Counted from the stretch's first letter, positions 1-13,889 are shown. The stretch is 64,000 nt of DNA from Basidiobolus meristosporus CBS 931.73 (GCA_002104905.1 MCFE01000233.1:1-64000); one strand, 5' to 3'. Notes: a model not told the origin generated them from the sequence alone. Made by a program: numbers and translations.

Positions 1-1430
1 GGGTACTTCTGTCTATGGAGGACTTTATCCCTGAGTAGTAACAGAGTTTTCCCAGATCAGACATCTTGAACTCCTTAGATAGGCTGGATTTAGTCTCTTC
101 TAATGTTTCCAGGTTATTAGTGGCTATAATAAGATCATTCACATATAGAGCTAATAGAACTGGAATTGATCAATCTGGATTATAGCAGATACTACATTAA
201 GTACTCCTTCAGAACCTCAATGATTCCAAATAAGAATATATCTTGCAAATCCTGGCACTTATTTACTGTTTGAGACCATTTAGAGTTTTTTAAGCCTGCA
301 CACCAAATGGGGGTTATCTTGGTCAGTAGACCCATCAGGCTGGTCCATGTACACAACTGCATTAGACTCCCCATTCAAAAAGGCAGTTTTTATATCCATT
401 TGATGGATAAAAATCTATTTTTGGTTACAATAGTCAATATTAATATGATAAAATTAAGCTTGGCTGTTGGTGCAACAATCTCAGTACAGTAAAGTACTTT
501 TGCTTGAAAGTATCCTTTGGCCACAAGTCTTGCTTTGTATCTATCCATTGTATCATCAGTTCAGTACCTGTCTTGAAGACTCTTCTGCATCCAATTGATT
601 TTTAGCTGATTGGTAATTTGAGTAAGTACCAAGTTTGATTTTCCATCAGGGCCTGATACTCCTCAGTCTTTGCAGGTCTCCAAAACTCTGTCTGAGGGCT
701 ATTTATGGCCTCTTTTATAGTCTGGAGCTCATCAATATGGACTGAACAGACATAGGCTACATTTGTACCATCAATAATACAGTAACTTAGGCTATTTCTG
801 GTCTGGTTCGATCTCCTGGTCTGCAATACTGAAACACTCACTTATGAAATATTCCAGGGCACTGATGCTGGCTGAATCATGGTTGTTAAGTTCTTTGGAG
901 TGAGAAAGCTTCAATGCTTTGCTCTGCTTAAATCCTGATTATTAGTGGACTTGAGATCAGATTGTTGTCATATTCTGCTGTCATTTTTTACCAAGATTCT
1001 GAGTTTTCATCAAACAATACATTCCTGCACTTGCTCAGCTTCTTTGCTTAAATATTGTAGAGTTTGTATGGTTTACTCTCATTGCAGTGACCCAAAAATA
1101 TGCATTTTACACTTTTTGACATAAACTTTGACTGAATTCTGGGCAGTTTCTTGGCATATGCTGTACACCCAGATATTCTTAGATGTCCTGCACTTGATAT
1201 GTATCCATACCATGCTTCAGATGGAGTGGAAATACAAAGTGATCTGTTATAACTCCTACTTCTAAGATATAGAGCTGTGGCAACTGATTTGTGGTAATGG
1301 AAATATGCAAGGTATAATCATCTCCACTGTCCAAGTGTATTTGCTTGATTTTTTTACCAGTTGCTCTTTCCATTATGGGTATAAGCTCCCTGAGCTTAGA
1401 CAGAGCTTCTTCCATTCTATGCATGAAGTT
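1..1430 (-). mobile_element. Degenerate Ty1/copia fragment (integrase C-terminal part to RT N-terminal part), running off the window start
   Basis: Colinear nucleotide similarity to the copia pol at ~40850-42420; remnants such as EAINSPQTEFW..EEYQALMENQTW and LLTKITPIWCAG; many stops. Confidence 0.8.
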
Positions 1431-1431
1431 G

Positions 1432-1560
1432 AGGTATCTAACTATTGAGTCTGGAAGGTGAAGTTGAAGGTGCTGCTACAGGAAAGAGGCTCTTGAGATA
1501 TAGCTCAGCAATAAGAAGCCTCAGAGTTTCAGAAGAGAGCATTTTGAAAAATAATTTGGC
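1432..1560 (+). mobile_element. Short inverted copia gag N-terminal fragment
   Basis: Reads WKVKLKVLLQERG, matching YQGWKVQMKMLPQERGLWDIV of the copia gag at ~43850-43900 (opposite strand). Confidence 0.6.
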
Positions 1561-1849
1561 CAAGTGAGTGTATCCAATTAGGATCAGGTGTCAGGATCCT
1601 GCAATGAGGCCATTATATTGCCAGCAGCTTTGAATTCTTGAACCTCTGCACAATATTATGACAGGATTGTGAAGGTGCTTTGCTATTTTTACTGCCAAGT
1701 AAAGTAATATACTTGATGATGCTCCAAGGGTCTTTTAGCAGGACATGCATGCAATTCAGTGAACCTTAATGTAGCCTGCACTTGCTTGAGCAAACTTAAC
1801 TGGCCAATAAATGCAATTGTTTCATATGGCACACCTGCATAGGCCGTAA

Positions 1850-2493
1850 GATCTCACCATCAGCAAATTACCCCTGGTGAACCAACTGATGAAGGCCAAA
1901 TGAGAGTACCTCCATTGAAGAAGCCTTTGGCAAGTAAAATAACACACCAGTACATAGTGCTCTAGGCTGATTTTGTAACATTACCTAGTGCAAGTCATTA
2001 TGGCTAAGCTACAGCACTGTACTCATCAGCCAGGATGCAAAACACTCACTACAAGTATGCAAATGGCAAGACAATTGTAAACAAGGAAGGAGTACAGGTG
2101 TGCAAAGTATATCACTGCCAAAGGCTTTGGTTATGGTCACTGTGAGAAGAAAAATTAGAAGATGATGCAATAGTGATGAATTGCTATAATTTATCAAAAT
2201 ACCAACAACCCAAACTTTACTTGGCAATCCGCATCAATCAATTGCAAACCAATGCTAACTAAGTATTTGATACAAGTACTAACAAGGTTGTCCCAAACTT
2301 GAGACAGAACCCTTATATATAAGCACCCTGCATTTGTATACATCATCTGTAACACCAATGCAGCTGTTTGTTTTGTCTTGCAGCTACCTTATGGGTTGCA
2401 TGCTAGCTTTAACACCTTGTCCAATCACTAAAATGAGGGACTTACTTGCTCAATAGGCAAAATGAGCTACTGGATGGCAAGTCAAGTAGCTTG
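1850..2493. mobile_element. Internal fragment of the PIF/Harbinger-like family, cut by a copia LTR
   Basis: Similar to 38660-39300 and to 14390-14640 / 24670-24930; stops at GTAGCTTG where the copia LTR begins. Confidence 0.7.
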
Positions 2494-2832
2494 TGTTGTA
2501 AGAGGCTTGGAGATATTGGAAATGATTGGGAAATCAAGTACATTATACGGTTTTCACTCAATGATTTAATTTATGTAAGAGTACTATTAATACATTTAAA
2601 TGGCCCTGGCATAGCAACAAGAAAACTATGCCTAGGAAGATGCCAGGAGTATATGTACAAGGTTTGAGGCTGTTTGGACAACTTTGAGAAATTTCATGTG
2701 CTGATGTGTTGGTAAAGTATTCTAAGTGTATCTCTATAAGGAACTTGGTCAATATTCTTTAAGATTTGTAGGAAATGCTCAAAGTGACTAAGTTAGGTAA
2801 ATATTTAGGTGGAATTATAAACCCTTACAACA
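2494..2832 (-). repeat. Copia 3' LTR
   Basis: TGTTGTAAG...CTTACAACA inverted termini; homologous (diverged) to the LTR at 43992-44339; adjoins the RT/RNase H remnant. Confidence 0.8.
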
Positions 2833-3740
2833 CTCAGACTCAACTGAATGTTCATACTGACTAGTCCTAATTGTGGCCCAAGATATTGAAAATTGTCTCT
2901 AGCATATGGCTTGATGGATATATCTGCAATCATTTCATCTGTAGGACAGTGAGACAAGTTGACTAAGTTACTCTCTACTGCTTCATCTATTTTGGTGTGT
3001 CTAATATCTATGTGTAGTTTAGCACAAAGAGTTGAATTTCTACCTAATTTATATATCCTTGGTTATCTTGAAATAGAGTAATAAGTGCATTTTGAAATAA
3101 GCCCAAGCCTTTAAACAGCTTTCTTGACCACATTACTGCCATTGCAACTTCACAGGCAGCCAAATACTCTGCTCCAGTAGTGGAAAGTGCTTTGGCTGGT
3201 AATTTCTCGAGTTCTGTGAAATTGCTCCGTTACAGTAATAAAATGTATATCCTGTGGTGGATCTTCTGACTTCTGAGCTTTGCCCCAATCAGCATCAGAG
3301 TATCCCACAGGATTCTGCTCTGGGTCTCTATAGGTGTATCTTAAGCAGATACCAGCAATTTCTTTTGGGTATATAAAAAGCCACTTAACTACTTCAATAT
3401 GATCAGATCCACAGTTCTGATTATGCTGGCTGACAACTCCTACCAATTCTGAGGTATCTGGACATATTCCAGTAATAATATACCTCAGACTGCTGACCTT
3501 CAGTTCATTGCAGAATCCTGGACTCTCAGATGGCAACAAGCTCCCTAGATATGGTTTGGTCTTGACCAAGCTAAGATTTGTCTCAGATGGTGAAGCTGCC
3601 AGTTTACAATCTTCCATATGGTACTTCTTGAGTATATCTTGTATAAACTTGGACTGGCTTAGGGTGATAAGTGGTACAGGACAGTATTCTATGACAACAA
3701 AATCCCAAAACCAATATTGCACACATTCCTATATTTTGCC
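2833..3740 (-). mobile_element. Degenerate copia RT C-terminus / RNase H
   Basis: ORF 3150-3722: LSQSKFIQDILKKYHMEDCK...GYSDADWG, typical copia RT/RH motifs. Confidence 0.8.
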
Positions 3741-4074
3741 ATTTGCTATTTTGCACATAAAAGAAAGCTCAAGAAATTCCAGCTTTGAAAGACAAAAGCT
3801 GAAGACCCCGCATATCAATCCATCAGAGATTATTATACCTTGCAGAACACCCAGTAGCCAGTACATATTTCAAAAGACAGCTCATTTGAAGTGGTAATTA
3901 AGGAGGTATAAGCTGAAGAGTCATTTATTCTTATATTAGCACTCTATATTTAGGTTTACTATGGAGACTTTGATTGCATGTAACTTTCAAACTAGCCAAT
4001 AGATTTTGTGAGATTTTACAGGTGCTGCACCTATGTCCAATCTACTTCACTGCAGAATGTTAGCTTTGTATCAC

Positions 4075-4260
4075 AGGTATTGCTTGCATGTTGTGCATCA
4101 ATGTTGAAAACTTAGTCAACTTCACTCCATTAGTGAATATAGTACCCAAACTGATTCTCCCTAACTAAAACAAAACAAATCCCAGTTATGGCTTATTTTA
4201 TCTCATCTCAGAATCTATCTTTAGCTGTCACACATGATCAACTCTCATGTAGCCATTACA
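4075..4260. repeat. Unclassified dispersed repeat, second copy at ~27800-27987
   Basis: Shared text such as CTCAGAATCTAT(C/T)TTTAGCTGTCACAC(A/C)TGATCAA. Confidence 0.55.
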
Positions 4261-4504
4261 TTATCAACTTATCCACCAAGCCTTCCCAAGTGACTAGTCA
4301 TCTGAGATCTGTCCAACAACTTGGCAGTTGCCAAGACATCAGCTGATTAATGATGCAATTTTCATTTATCTAATGCACCCATTAATACCTAAACAGATTT
4401 CAACTAGTCCAGTCTCTTGGCACTTATTAATCAACTTGATCAAAAAAGCATAAATAAGTTTACTGAACCTTTTGGTAAATATGTATCACAACAAAATTAA
4501 GATT

Positions 4505-6515
4505 CCATACAAAAAGTATTGTTATGATCCCATCAAAAGGCCATCAAAAATTCTAAGCCCCATGACTTGGAGGTTTTGATTGCATCAGGACACCATGCAA
4601 AGACTGTCAAACAATAATTGCACCCCAGATAGCACAAAAAACTTAGTCAAAATTTTTCATCACAACATTACTAAAGTGGCTTTTAATTGGTTCTCTGCCA
4701 ATTTTCTCACTTTGTAATCCCAGACACTCTATGACCTCCTGCATTTGTGTGCATTGATTGGCAATTGCCTCTTTCTCACACTCCTTACTACCTGACTCAA
4801 CCATTTCTCTTACTTTTTATGCATACAATTTGATTTATTTTTGTTGAAACTTCATTTGTACCTCAATTCCCAATTGTAGCTACCTATAAAAGTCTCTATA
4901 CCCTCTGCTAACACTAAGCCCAACCCCACAATCAACAAGTAACTCCATTAAAATCTGCCACTCAATAAGTATTTCTGCTGTAATACTCTGTTTCCATGAC
5001 TTTGGCAGGAGCCCTGCAGGTTTATGCCACTGCTCATTGACTGGTTCCCAAATGTCCTAGTCTTCAGCCAGCACTGCAAGGTCTAGCTCCTCATCTGCCA
5101 GTCTTTGTAATAAGCCTGTGCAATATTCAAGTGTGTTTTCTTGAGCACTGCTCATGAAGAAGTGCTGCAACCTCTTGGTGTGCCTATTAATGTTCCAATA
5201 TTCCACTGAAGGCATTATGATAACCTTTTGAGTGCTTGATGTTGTACATTGTCTGTCACTAGGATATCCACTCTGCCAACAATGGAGAACATGGTGGCTT
5301 CAGTATACAAGTTGCCTTTCTCTGTAAACTCATCCACCTCACTGGAGTGTAGCCCAACTGGCTGTCATTCCAACTCTTTTGAGAACAGCTATTTTCTTGT
5401 TGGTAATTCTTCTTTGCTATGATGGGATTCAGTCAGTTCCAGGCTTACAGAATTAACCGGCAAGAACTGCAGCATTTTTTTCATGCTTCCTTTTCTCCCA
5501 CTTGGGTAAACTTTTCCCCTTTACCTTTTCCTTTATCACTGCCAGGTCTTTCACTGCTACTTTGTCTGAGTGCTTCTTGTATTGAACTACATTTTCTCCT
5601 TGAAAAATACTGCTCTGATACATCTGTTTTGGCCTACATGTCCCTTGCTGGCACTCTGTGGGCAACCTGCCACTTCTTTCCCACTTGTTCTGAGTTCTCA
5701 GCCCATGATATAACAGGCTCCTGAGGTAGCTGCTTTTTTCTATCACTGCCAGGTTCCTCACTGCTATTTTTACTGAGTGCTTCTTGAGTAGAACTACACT
5801 TTTTCCTTGGTAATGTTGTGCTGGTGCATCTGTGTCTGCCTGCTTTTCCCTTGTCAGCACTCTTCCAGCTACATGATGTCTCATTGATGCTTGTTTGAAG
5901 CTTTTGGACCTGCTTGTAATGGGCCCTTGAGGAAGCTGCTGGTTTTCAGCCATGGCACCTTTGTTCTTCTGCCTTTGATTGTTTCTGCTACTCTTAGGAT
6001 ACCTTCTTAGCATACCAATGCTGGCCCAAAATCCATTTGCATGTTTGCTTGCAGGATAATGCTAATGGAACAAGTCAAGGGCAGTCTACTTAGGCTTGAG
6101 CTCCTGATGGTCCCATGGTATGCTGGCCTTAAGGTGTTGGCATGCTAGACTTCTAACAGCCTCTTGAATATTAGCCCACTGATCATCATTGCTCTCAATG
6201 GCTTCACAGGTCTTCAATGACTTGTGATTTTTAGTTTTAGGTATGAGCTGACAACATACTTGCTAATATGGGTGGTGGTGATGATATGAGGGCCACTTGC
6301 TGGTTTGCAACTGAAGGTACTGCTTTTGCTACATTCTCATCTGCCTCAGAATTATGGACAGCTTGCAACTCCACAGAGATTCCCAATTGTCTGCTTGACC
6401 AAGAGCCTGAGGAGTCCACAATATTCCCTTCAGTGGGCACACTGTCCACAGGGCCTTTTTTAGTTGTAGCCCTGCTTGTTGCACTGAATGTCAAAGCAAG
6501 CTGTTGTCCATCAGT
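4505..6515 (-). mobile_element. CACTA/Mirage-like transposon, ORF2 arm with degenerate terminus (inverted copy)
   Basis: Reverse-complement match to 45100-47172; CCATACAAAAA at 4505 resembles the CCCTA(C/T)GAAAAA terminus; ORF2 remnants 5453-6013 and 6237-6593. Confidence 0.7.
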
Positions 6516-7522
6516 TGTAGTGGGGTCACAGTAACATCCACTGACAGATGTGCTCATTCCCATATTTTTCACTTCCATATTTTCCGCTTCCATATTTTTC
6601 TACTACCCTTATTTTAGTCTTATCTTATTTGTCTTACTTGATCAGTTCCATTCCATAAGCCAGCTGACCATCACACCCACTTACCTTATTGCATATGTCA
6701 TCCCTCACTTGAAGTAAGATTACTTGATGTAAGTGCTTCCATATTCAGCAGGTACCAATGCTAGTACCTGTGACACATGACCAAACTGTGTTACCATCTC
6801 TAATGTCTTCATACCGTATATGGTAGCACTATGTTTCAAAGGTTACAGAATTCAGATTCCTGATTGGTTGGGTGTGCTGTTCTTTTTAGAACCCTCCAGC
6901 ACCTACTTAGAACATTTTAAACTCATTTTGATATCCTTCAGATTATGATTTGACCTCTGGAACCTTCTGAGACACCATGATTATTAATTGTTTAGCCAGT
7001 AAGAAAAGCATACAAGGGAGGCAATCCTGCAACAATAAATCATCATCCCTTGTATCATTATACCAACTTGTTGATTGGTGTGCTCACTGCTACCTGCTGC
7101 CACCTGAACTCCAACCTTTGACCACAGGACATTTGCAAGCAACTTTGCTGACAGCTAACTGACCTTGGAGGCACTACTTATGAGGAATAATCAGAGTAGG
7201 TATCTTTTATTATATTTGATTCACTCACAAGTCTGTTTTTATACAAGCAAAGATACTTTTCTGTCTTTGTAACTATAGACCACAGGTGCATTCTTATCAA
7301 GTCAAAAGTGGTGGGGCTTAAAGTTGTATTGAATTTGGAAGATTTAGTACACTGTCATTGCAAAGGTCACTGAACCCAGCACATACTTTTGTTTGCACAC
7401 CAACCAATTTAGGGATTGTAGCTCAATAGTTTTCTCTTGACAAGCTTATGGCATTACTCCCCTTCACCTTAGAGTGGAGATATAACACAAGAATTCCTAG
7501 CAAGCTTTTGCCAGAGGTTGCA
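6516..7522. repeat. Orphan ~1 kb LTR-like repeat, copy 1
   Basis: TGTAGTGGGG...GAGGTTGCA (TG..CA); homologous over its full length to 37402-38396; no internal domains attached. Confidence 0.55.
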
Positions 7523-9284
7523 CTTGGTGAGCACCCTACACACAAAACACTTGAGAAGTGTTGGACATATATCTCCCTTAGGCCTATGCCCTATGAAAAA
7601 ATATTTGGTCCCATCAGTGGATCCAATCTGGATCAGCCATCAAGATCCCATCAGGTGACCACTATAGTAATGGCAGCTTGAGATTAATAACCATCTACAC
7701 AATCTTGTGACAGGATCACAATGATGTATTGCTAATTTAACAGCCAAATAATGCCGACAAAATATAATGGTGTTTATGTGGTTCTTTGCCAAGTGTGGCA
7801 TGGCATTGTTGTGGTCTTAGTATACTTTACAACTCTTTGAGTGCATCTAACCAGCCAATACATCCAATTGCCTTATATGGCAAAAATATGACAATGTTTT
7901 GACAGCCTCTTTGCAAGCCTCTAATGGTATTATCATGGTAGTATGCTGGCCCACAGCCAGTTCTGTATAATGCTACTGTACCAATTTACCAAATGGTATT
8001 TCCTTTTTCTACCTCTCCTTGCACAATTGATATATTCCACTGTAGATTCACCCCTCTTCATTTGCTTACCCCCCACTACCTTAGATATTCCACATATAGC
8101 TTGAATCAAAGACTACTATGGCTTCCTGCTTATTAACCTCCACAAACTTGCACACCTGCCACAATTGACATACTTCTATCACCTCAACTTTACAGCTTTT
8201 TAGTGTGATGCTTCAAAGTTAGCATATATCTTGTATTACTGGCAACATATACATCTTGCAAACATATGCTTGGTTACCACCACCTCTGCCATGAATACCT
8301 CCCGAATATCTGCAATAAACCTTTTGGTATTTAGCCAATATGTTCCTTCTCCCTGCTGGATTCTAGCCCCCCTTATAGGTGCATTCTGGCTCTTGTTCAT
8401 ATGAATTCTGTATTGAATGGTGTAGAAATTGGCTTGTGACCAATAGAAATTTGGCATACCATGATAGAGTTTTCCTAGTAAAAACTAGTTGCCTGTTGCA
8501 CCCAACCCAAACTTGCATTACTTAACTGATTTCCCACATTCTGGGGCCGCTTAGCTTCTTAATGCCATAGGCATAGGTGCCACCATGTGCACATATGTCC
8601 TCAGGATTCTCTAACTCTTCCTGGCTGTCCTCCATGTGCCACTCATCACATCTATGACAGACTTGAAGGTAATATTCCTGATGAATTTAGGATATAGTAG
8701 TACCTGCAACTTGACTTGTCTTCCAGTTTCCCCACACATCCCAATCATAGGAAACTCCCAACAGGTGAAGCAAGGTCCAATATTCTCAACACAGCAAGCA
8801 AAATGAAGTAGCAAATGGATACTGTGGCAGCAGAAATTCACTCATTCAGCTTTATGTCTGTATTATAGCCACTCAAATCACATCACAAACATTACACACA
8901 AACGCTGTAGATGTGTCAAGTTGGTATTGGTAATCTGCTCCTAGATAAATATTCCTACAATGTCCACATATGACTCCCAATGCTTCCAATGTACTCTTAG
9001 TAGAAATGGCTTCAGAAGGCCACTTGAATAAATACATATCCAGTTCAACCAGTGCTTGCTCTAGTATTGTTGCATATGTGTATGAATATTGATTGGAGCC
9101 TGTGAGAAGTACCTGGGGTAGCAGATACTCTGTAATATATTGCCAATTCTTTCAAATTTCTCCTGTATCTAAAAGGGCTCATTTAGCTTGAAGTGCCCCA
9201 TGTGCAACTTGGTCATCAGTGTGGGGATATTGTTGTAAAGTAAATGCATTGCACCCAGTGGAAAGCTTATGATTCAACAGATAC

Positions 9285-11973
9285 TAGACTTGTTCCATTA
9301 TACCATGCCAGGGGCGCAGCTCAATCCGCAATCTCTAAGAACAATTAGACACAATATTATAGCTACCAGTAGGCAGGATTGCTATTGGATAATTTTGCAC
9401 CATGTGGGACAATCTTGCACAATATGGCAAAGTCTGACACAATGAGGTTGGGATGGATGATTGCACCAACTTGTAATGTTAGCATCACATGCGCAATTGG
9501 ATACAGCTATCATGGTAGGTAAAATCTAATATTTGGATAGATTTCTTGAATTTAAATAGAAATAAATGCCAATCACACTATAAACTACATTGATACCTAA
9601 CATTTTGATTACCATCACTCCAATTAGATGGTATTTCAGCAGTTAATTGGTCCAAAAGTATCCTGAAGCTGTCAGCCCCCAATTAGCTCTTTGACCAATA
9701 CACTGTTCTGGTAAAGGGTGTTGGCGTACTCTGGACTGATGTGTGCCGGCACACTGTGGTTGCAAGAGATGGTAGGGAATCCAGCAAGGTGTGCTGGCGT
9801 GATCTGGATGATGTTGCTCGTGGTCTGTATTCTTCCTCCTGAAGCTCACCATCTGACTCCTCAAGGTATTCACTTACCCTCTGTCTGATACTTTGGGGCT
9901 GTTGCCTGGATGAGTCCTGTGTATATTGCTCTTGGAAGCCACTTAGCTCTACTGATATATCATGTAATACATTAGTCATTTGAGGCAAAAACTTGTTCAA
10001 AATCTTTGGGGCTGTTGCCTGGATGAGTCCTGTGTATATTGCTCTTGGAAGCCACTTAGCTCTACTGATATATCATGTAATACATTAGTCATTTGAGGCA
10101 AAAACTTGCTCAAAATCTCATTGTTCCCCAAAATTGAGGCACAAACAGACACATCCAGCCTGCACTGTGCAAATTGCACTCAAAATTGCTACTGCATAGC
10201 TTCCCTATCAGATCCCCTCACTCTCATCTCATTCTTAATTTCAATACTTGTCTTGTTGTTGATCTTCTTACATCCATCTGCTGGCATCTGGATGTAGAGC
10301 TTATGCCACAGCCTTCTACTCAGGTTCTTCCATATCTGTTGACTCTCTGAGATATCTAGTTCTGCTAGATTAATGAGTAGTGCCAAAATATCTGTATGAA
10401 GGCTCATTATAGAAACTTGGCCCATACTAAAATCATTTGGAAAGAACTCAAACAGATCCAACTTTAACTTCACTGGTCCGGACTGTGCTTGTGAGCTGGG
10501 GGATGAGTTTTGTCTGGGCTGTACTAAAGATGAGTTGAGACTTGGTATGGGGACCATAGTGTTGGATTTGGATACTTGCACAGTGGTGTATTGGCATCAG
10601 CCTGGTCTTACAAGAAATATATATGAACACTGATGGGATTTTGAGTTTTCCCTATATTTTGCATGATGCATCTTGGATTGCATTGATATGGACTGGATCC
10701 CATCAAACTCAGATTTCCTATTTAATTATAGACTTGTGAGTAAAGCATCAATAAAAATACTAATTCATTGTTTGAGGACAATTTTTGGAACATAATGATG
10801 CAATACATGGCAATTAATGGAGATTTAACTATAATCATGGAGTATCAGATAAAAAAAGCTCATTGTGCCAAATTGAATCAATTCACCTCAGTCCAATCAC
10901 CTACCAGTTTTAATTTGACTTACTCATTTGAATGGTCTTTTCTCATCAATCTTATCACTACCACTGGATTTCCCTTTCACACACCAGAGGAGATCTATAC
11001 CCAGCACTGCGGACCATCCACCCCAATCTACTTAAGGAGATCACTTGTTAAGCTTCTTGGCTATTGCAAGAACTATTGCCCCATAAGGTTTCATCCCACC
11101 ATCTATGGCAACAAAAGTCCTGGAAGCTTTCATTCCTAGCTGACAGCTATGGAGAACCACCTTGCAGAGGACATGGATAACTTTGAGCAAGGTTGGAATA
11201 CTAGCTTCAGAAGCTCCAATAGACTTCCATATACCAGAGTGTTCAGCAACAGGTTCCATAAAAGAAGTATTTTGGATACCTTCCCAGTCAGCAATAACAG
11301 ACCTTGAAGAGGGCAGAGGCACTTTTATTCAGGCAAGTACAAGGCACACTGTGTGAAGTTTCAAGAACTGTCTGACATTGAGGGTAACATCATCTGGTTT
11401 AGTGGGTCATTTGCTGAATGTAGGCATGACAAAGCACTCTAAGTAGTAAATCATCCAGAATTCAGTAGAGTGGAGAAATGTATGGCAGGCTTGGCTTGTA
11501 TAGGAGAGGATTGTTGGAGATTAGGATGTATTACAGCATATAGGATGCTAAGGAATGGTGTGCTTAGTATGAAGCAGAAACTCTACAATGAGATATTTAA
11601 TCATTTCAAAGTGAGAGTAGAGTCTACATTTGGATATCTGAAGAGATTCAGCCTATTGGTTGGTAAATACAGACAAAAGTCATATATAGGAGAAAACAGC
11701 AGAATAGGTAAAATAGCTAAGATACTTATCAATGCTTGGTATACTCATACAAGAAGGGATCCACTGAGAGAAATGTGTCTGGTTCATTATAAAGAGTAAA
11801 TAAAGCAAGGAATGCACTATTCTGAGCAACATAAGTAAGATTAAATAAAACTACTAGTAAACATATCTTACCACTGGCATTATGGTAGAGATTATAGTGC
11901 CATAGCATGCCAGATTGATCCAGCTCTATAAACAGGCTGGCACTATGTGGCACTATCCAACTGAACAAGTCTA
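9285..11973 (+). mobile_element. PIF/Harbinger/ISL2EU-like transposon copy 1 (both TIRs, internally deleted)
   Basis: TIRs TAGACTTGTTC...GAACAAGTCTA; DDE_Tnp_4-like transposase remnants 10768-11799 (+); Myb/SANT-like ORF remnants 9683-10581 (-); subterminal TAGTGCCA/TGGCACTA motifs. Confidence 0.85.
9891..10116. repeat. Tandem duplication, 2 x 113 bp
   Basis: 9891-10003 and 10004-10116, one mismatch seen; single-copy in the sister elements at ~24190-24270 and ~37110-37220. Confidence 0.85.
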
Positions 11974-13889
11974 CTTCTTATCTTAAGTATCTCCAGTTTG
12001 CAATCAATTTCATATTCTGGCTAATGGCTTGTAGTTTGTTAACTTTGCTGCAATTGCATGCTAACTTCTGTAGGTTTGCTTTGTGGAAAGATAATGATCT
12101 TAGCATTGGTGTTTGGGTAATAATCATCTGTGAGAGTTGTGGAGTAAGTCCCCAAGATCTCACACATTCAACAGCAATACTGTTCATTGTACCCAGCAAA
12201 GCCAGCTATCTTGCCAATGACTGGAGCATCCTTGAAGCAGATATTAATATGCACTTTGACATGATGGCCATTGACTGTTATCCAGCTGGAAAGCATACAA
12301 ATTTCATCCAGCAATGGAGACAGTTAGCTATCCCAGCTGGACAGTGATTTAGGCCCTGATACCAGTGAGACTACCATCAGATTTTGGCTCTGATACCATA
12401 AGATATGTGGCAGATTTAGGTTGATGAGAATCAGTGGCCAGCAGGATTTGCTAACAGAGAACTTATTTAATAAGAATCCATCAAGTGCCAAGGCAAATGA
12501 CTGCTCCTACATGTCTTCAAATGAGCCCTTGCTTTTTAGCTGTTTGTAATATTTGCCATCAAGTATATCAGATATCTTTGCGCTTGATTGATACTGAGTG
12601 CAGTAGTTTACAGCTTCACAATATTTGTTGGACTGCACAAGCTTCTTTATGTGGGGTATTACCAGAATATATCCAGAGTGTGAGCAATGCTTTCCCCCAA
12701 TGGTGGTGAACTCCTGACAAGTTGGACACCATGCAATGGAGGCATTTTCTGAGGTGAGAGCAATCACTCTGCATGCCATATTCACAAGGCTGGGGTGAGC
12801 ATAAAGGCATCACAAACTCTCCTGACTCAGTTTGCACAAGATGAGAGGTATGGCCAGATGGTGTTATAGAAGTATCAAGTGGCCGGCAAAATATTGTGGT
12901 TCAGTAGTGACTGGTGAATGTTCAAATATTACTTGTGTGGCAAAACACTGATCATGATCCTTGAAATACTTCCTATACTGTCTGCATGCTTCATAGCTTA
13001 GAGGCTTGCTACAATAGCAACATGGTCTCTTTTCTTCTCTCTTATAGTATCAAATCAAAGTAATCTTGTCCATGGGCAAACTGTTTGACCATGAACAATG
13101 CCATGCTATTTTATCTCTTTTTTGTCAATACACATGTAAGTTTAAGACAGTCTCATAGTTGAGACATTGCACCTACATGAATATAAGATTCAATGATAAG
13201 CTACCATGGTAAGCTTCATAAATAAAGTTGTGCCATCACATACACACCTATATGTAACACCATTTCCTCTTTTGGTTTGACTCACTTCCATATGTGTGCA
13301 GCCAAAAATAAAGCAAAGTTGTCTGGTTCCCAACCAAAACCTACCACTGACAGCAGCAGAAGAATGGTTAGACAACAGCTTGCTTTGACATTCAGTGCAA
13401 CAAGCAGGCTACAACTAAAAAAGGCCCTGTAGACAATGTGCCCACTGAAGGGAATAATGCAAACTCCTCAGGCTCTCAGTCAAGTAGGCAATTGCAAACC
13501 TCTTTCAGGCTTCAAGCTGACCAACATACTCAGGCAGACAAGAGTGTAGCAAATGCAGAACACTCAGTTGAGGACCAGCAAGTGGCTGTCATAACATCAC
13601 CACCACTCATATTAGCAAGTATGTTATCAGCTCATACCAAAGCATTAATGAGGCAAATAGCTGCAGTAGCTGATAGGATAAATGCAATGGCCCAGAGAAA
13701 TCAGGAAATAGTCCAGAAACAGGATGAGCAAATAATACATGTAGAGCAATCAATATCCCAGGTAGAGAAAGCAGTTTTGTTGCTGCAAAGTAGGAGCTCG
13801 AGTAGCTCAATGTCACAGTCAAGAATTGAGCCATTTCACAAGTTAACAGCAGAGGAAAACCATACAATCTTTGAAGTATAACAACCATG

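Larger units (their letters stand above)
8150..12940 (-). pseudogene. TnpD/Tnp2-like (CACTA-Mirage) transposase pseudogene, split by the insertion at 9285-11973
   Basis: Motif remnants as above; the flanks of the insertion rejoin colinearly with the uninterrupted homologue at ~22030-22100. Confidence 0.65.
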
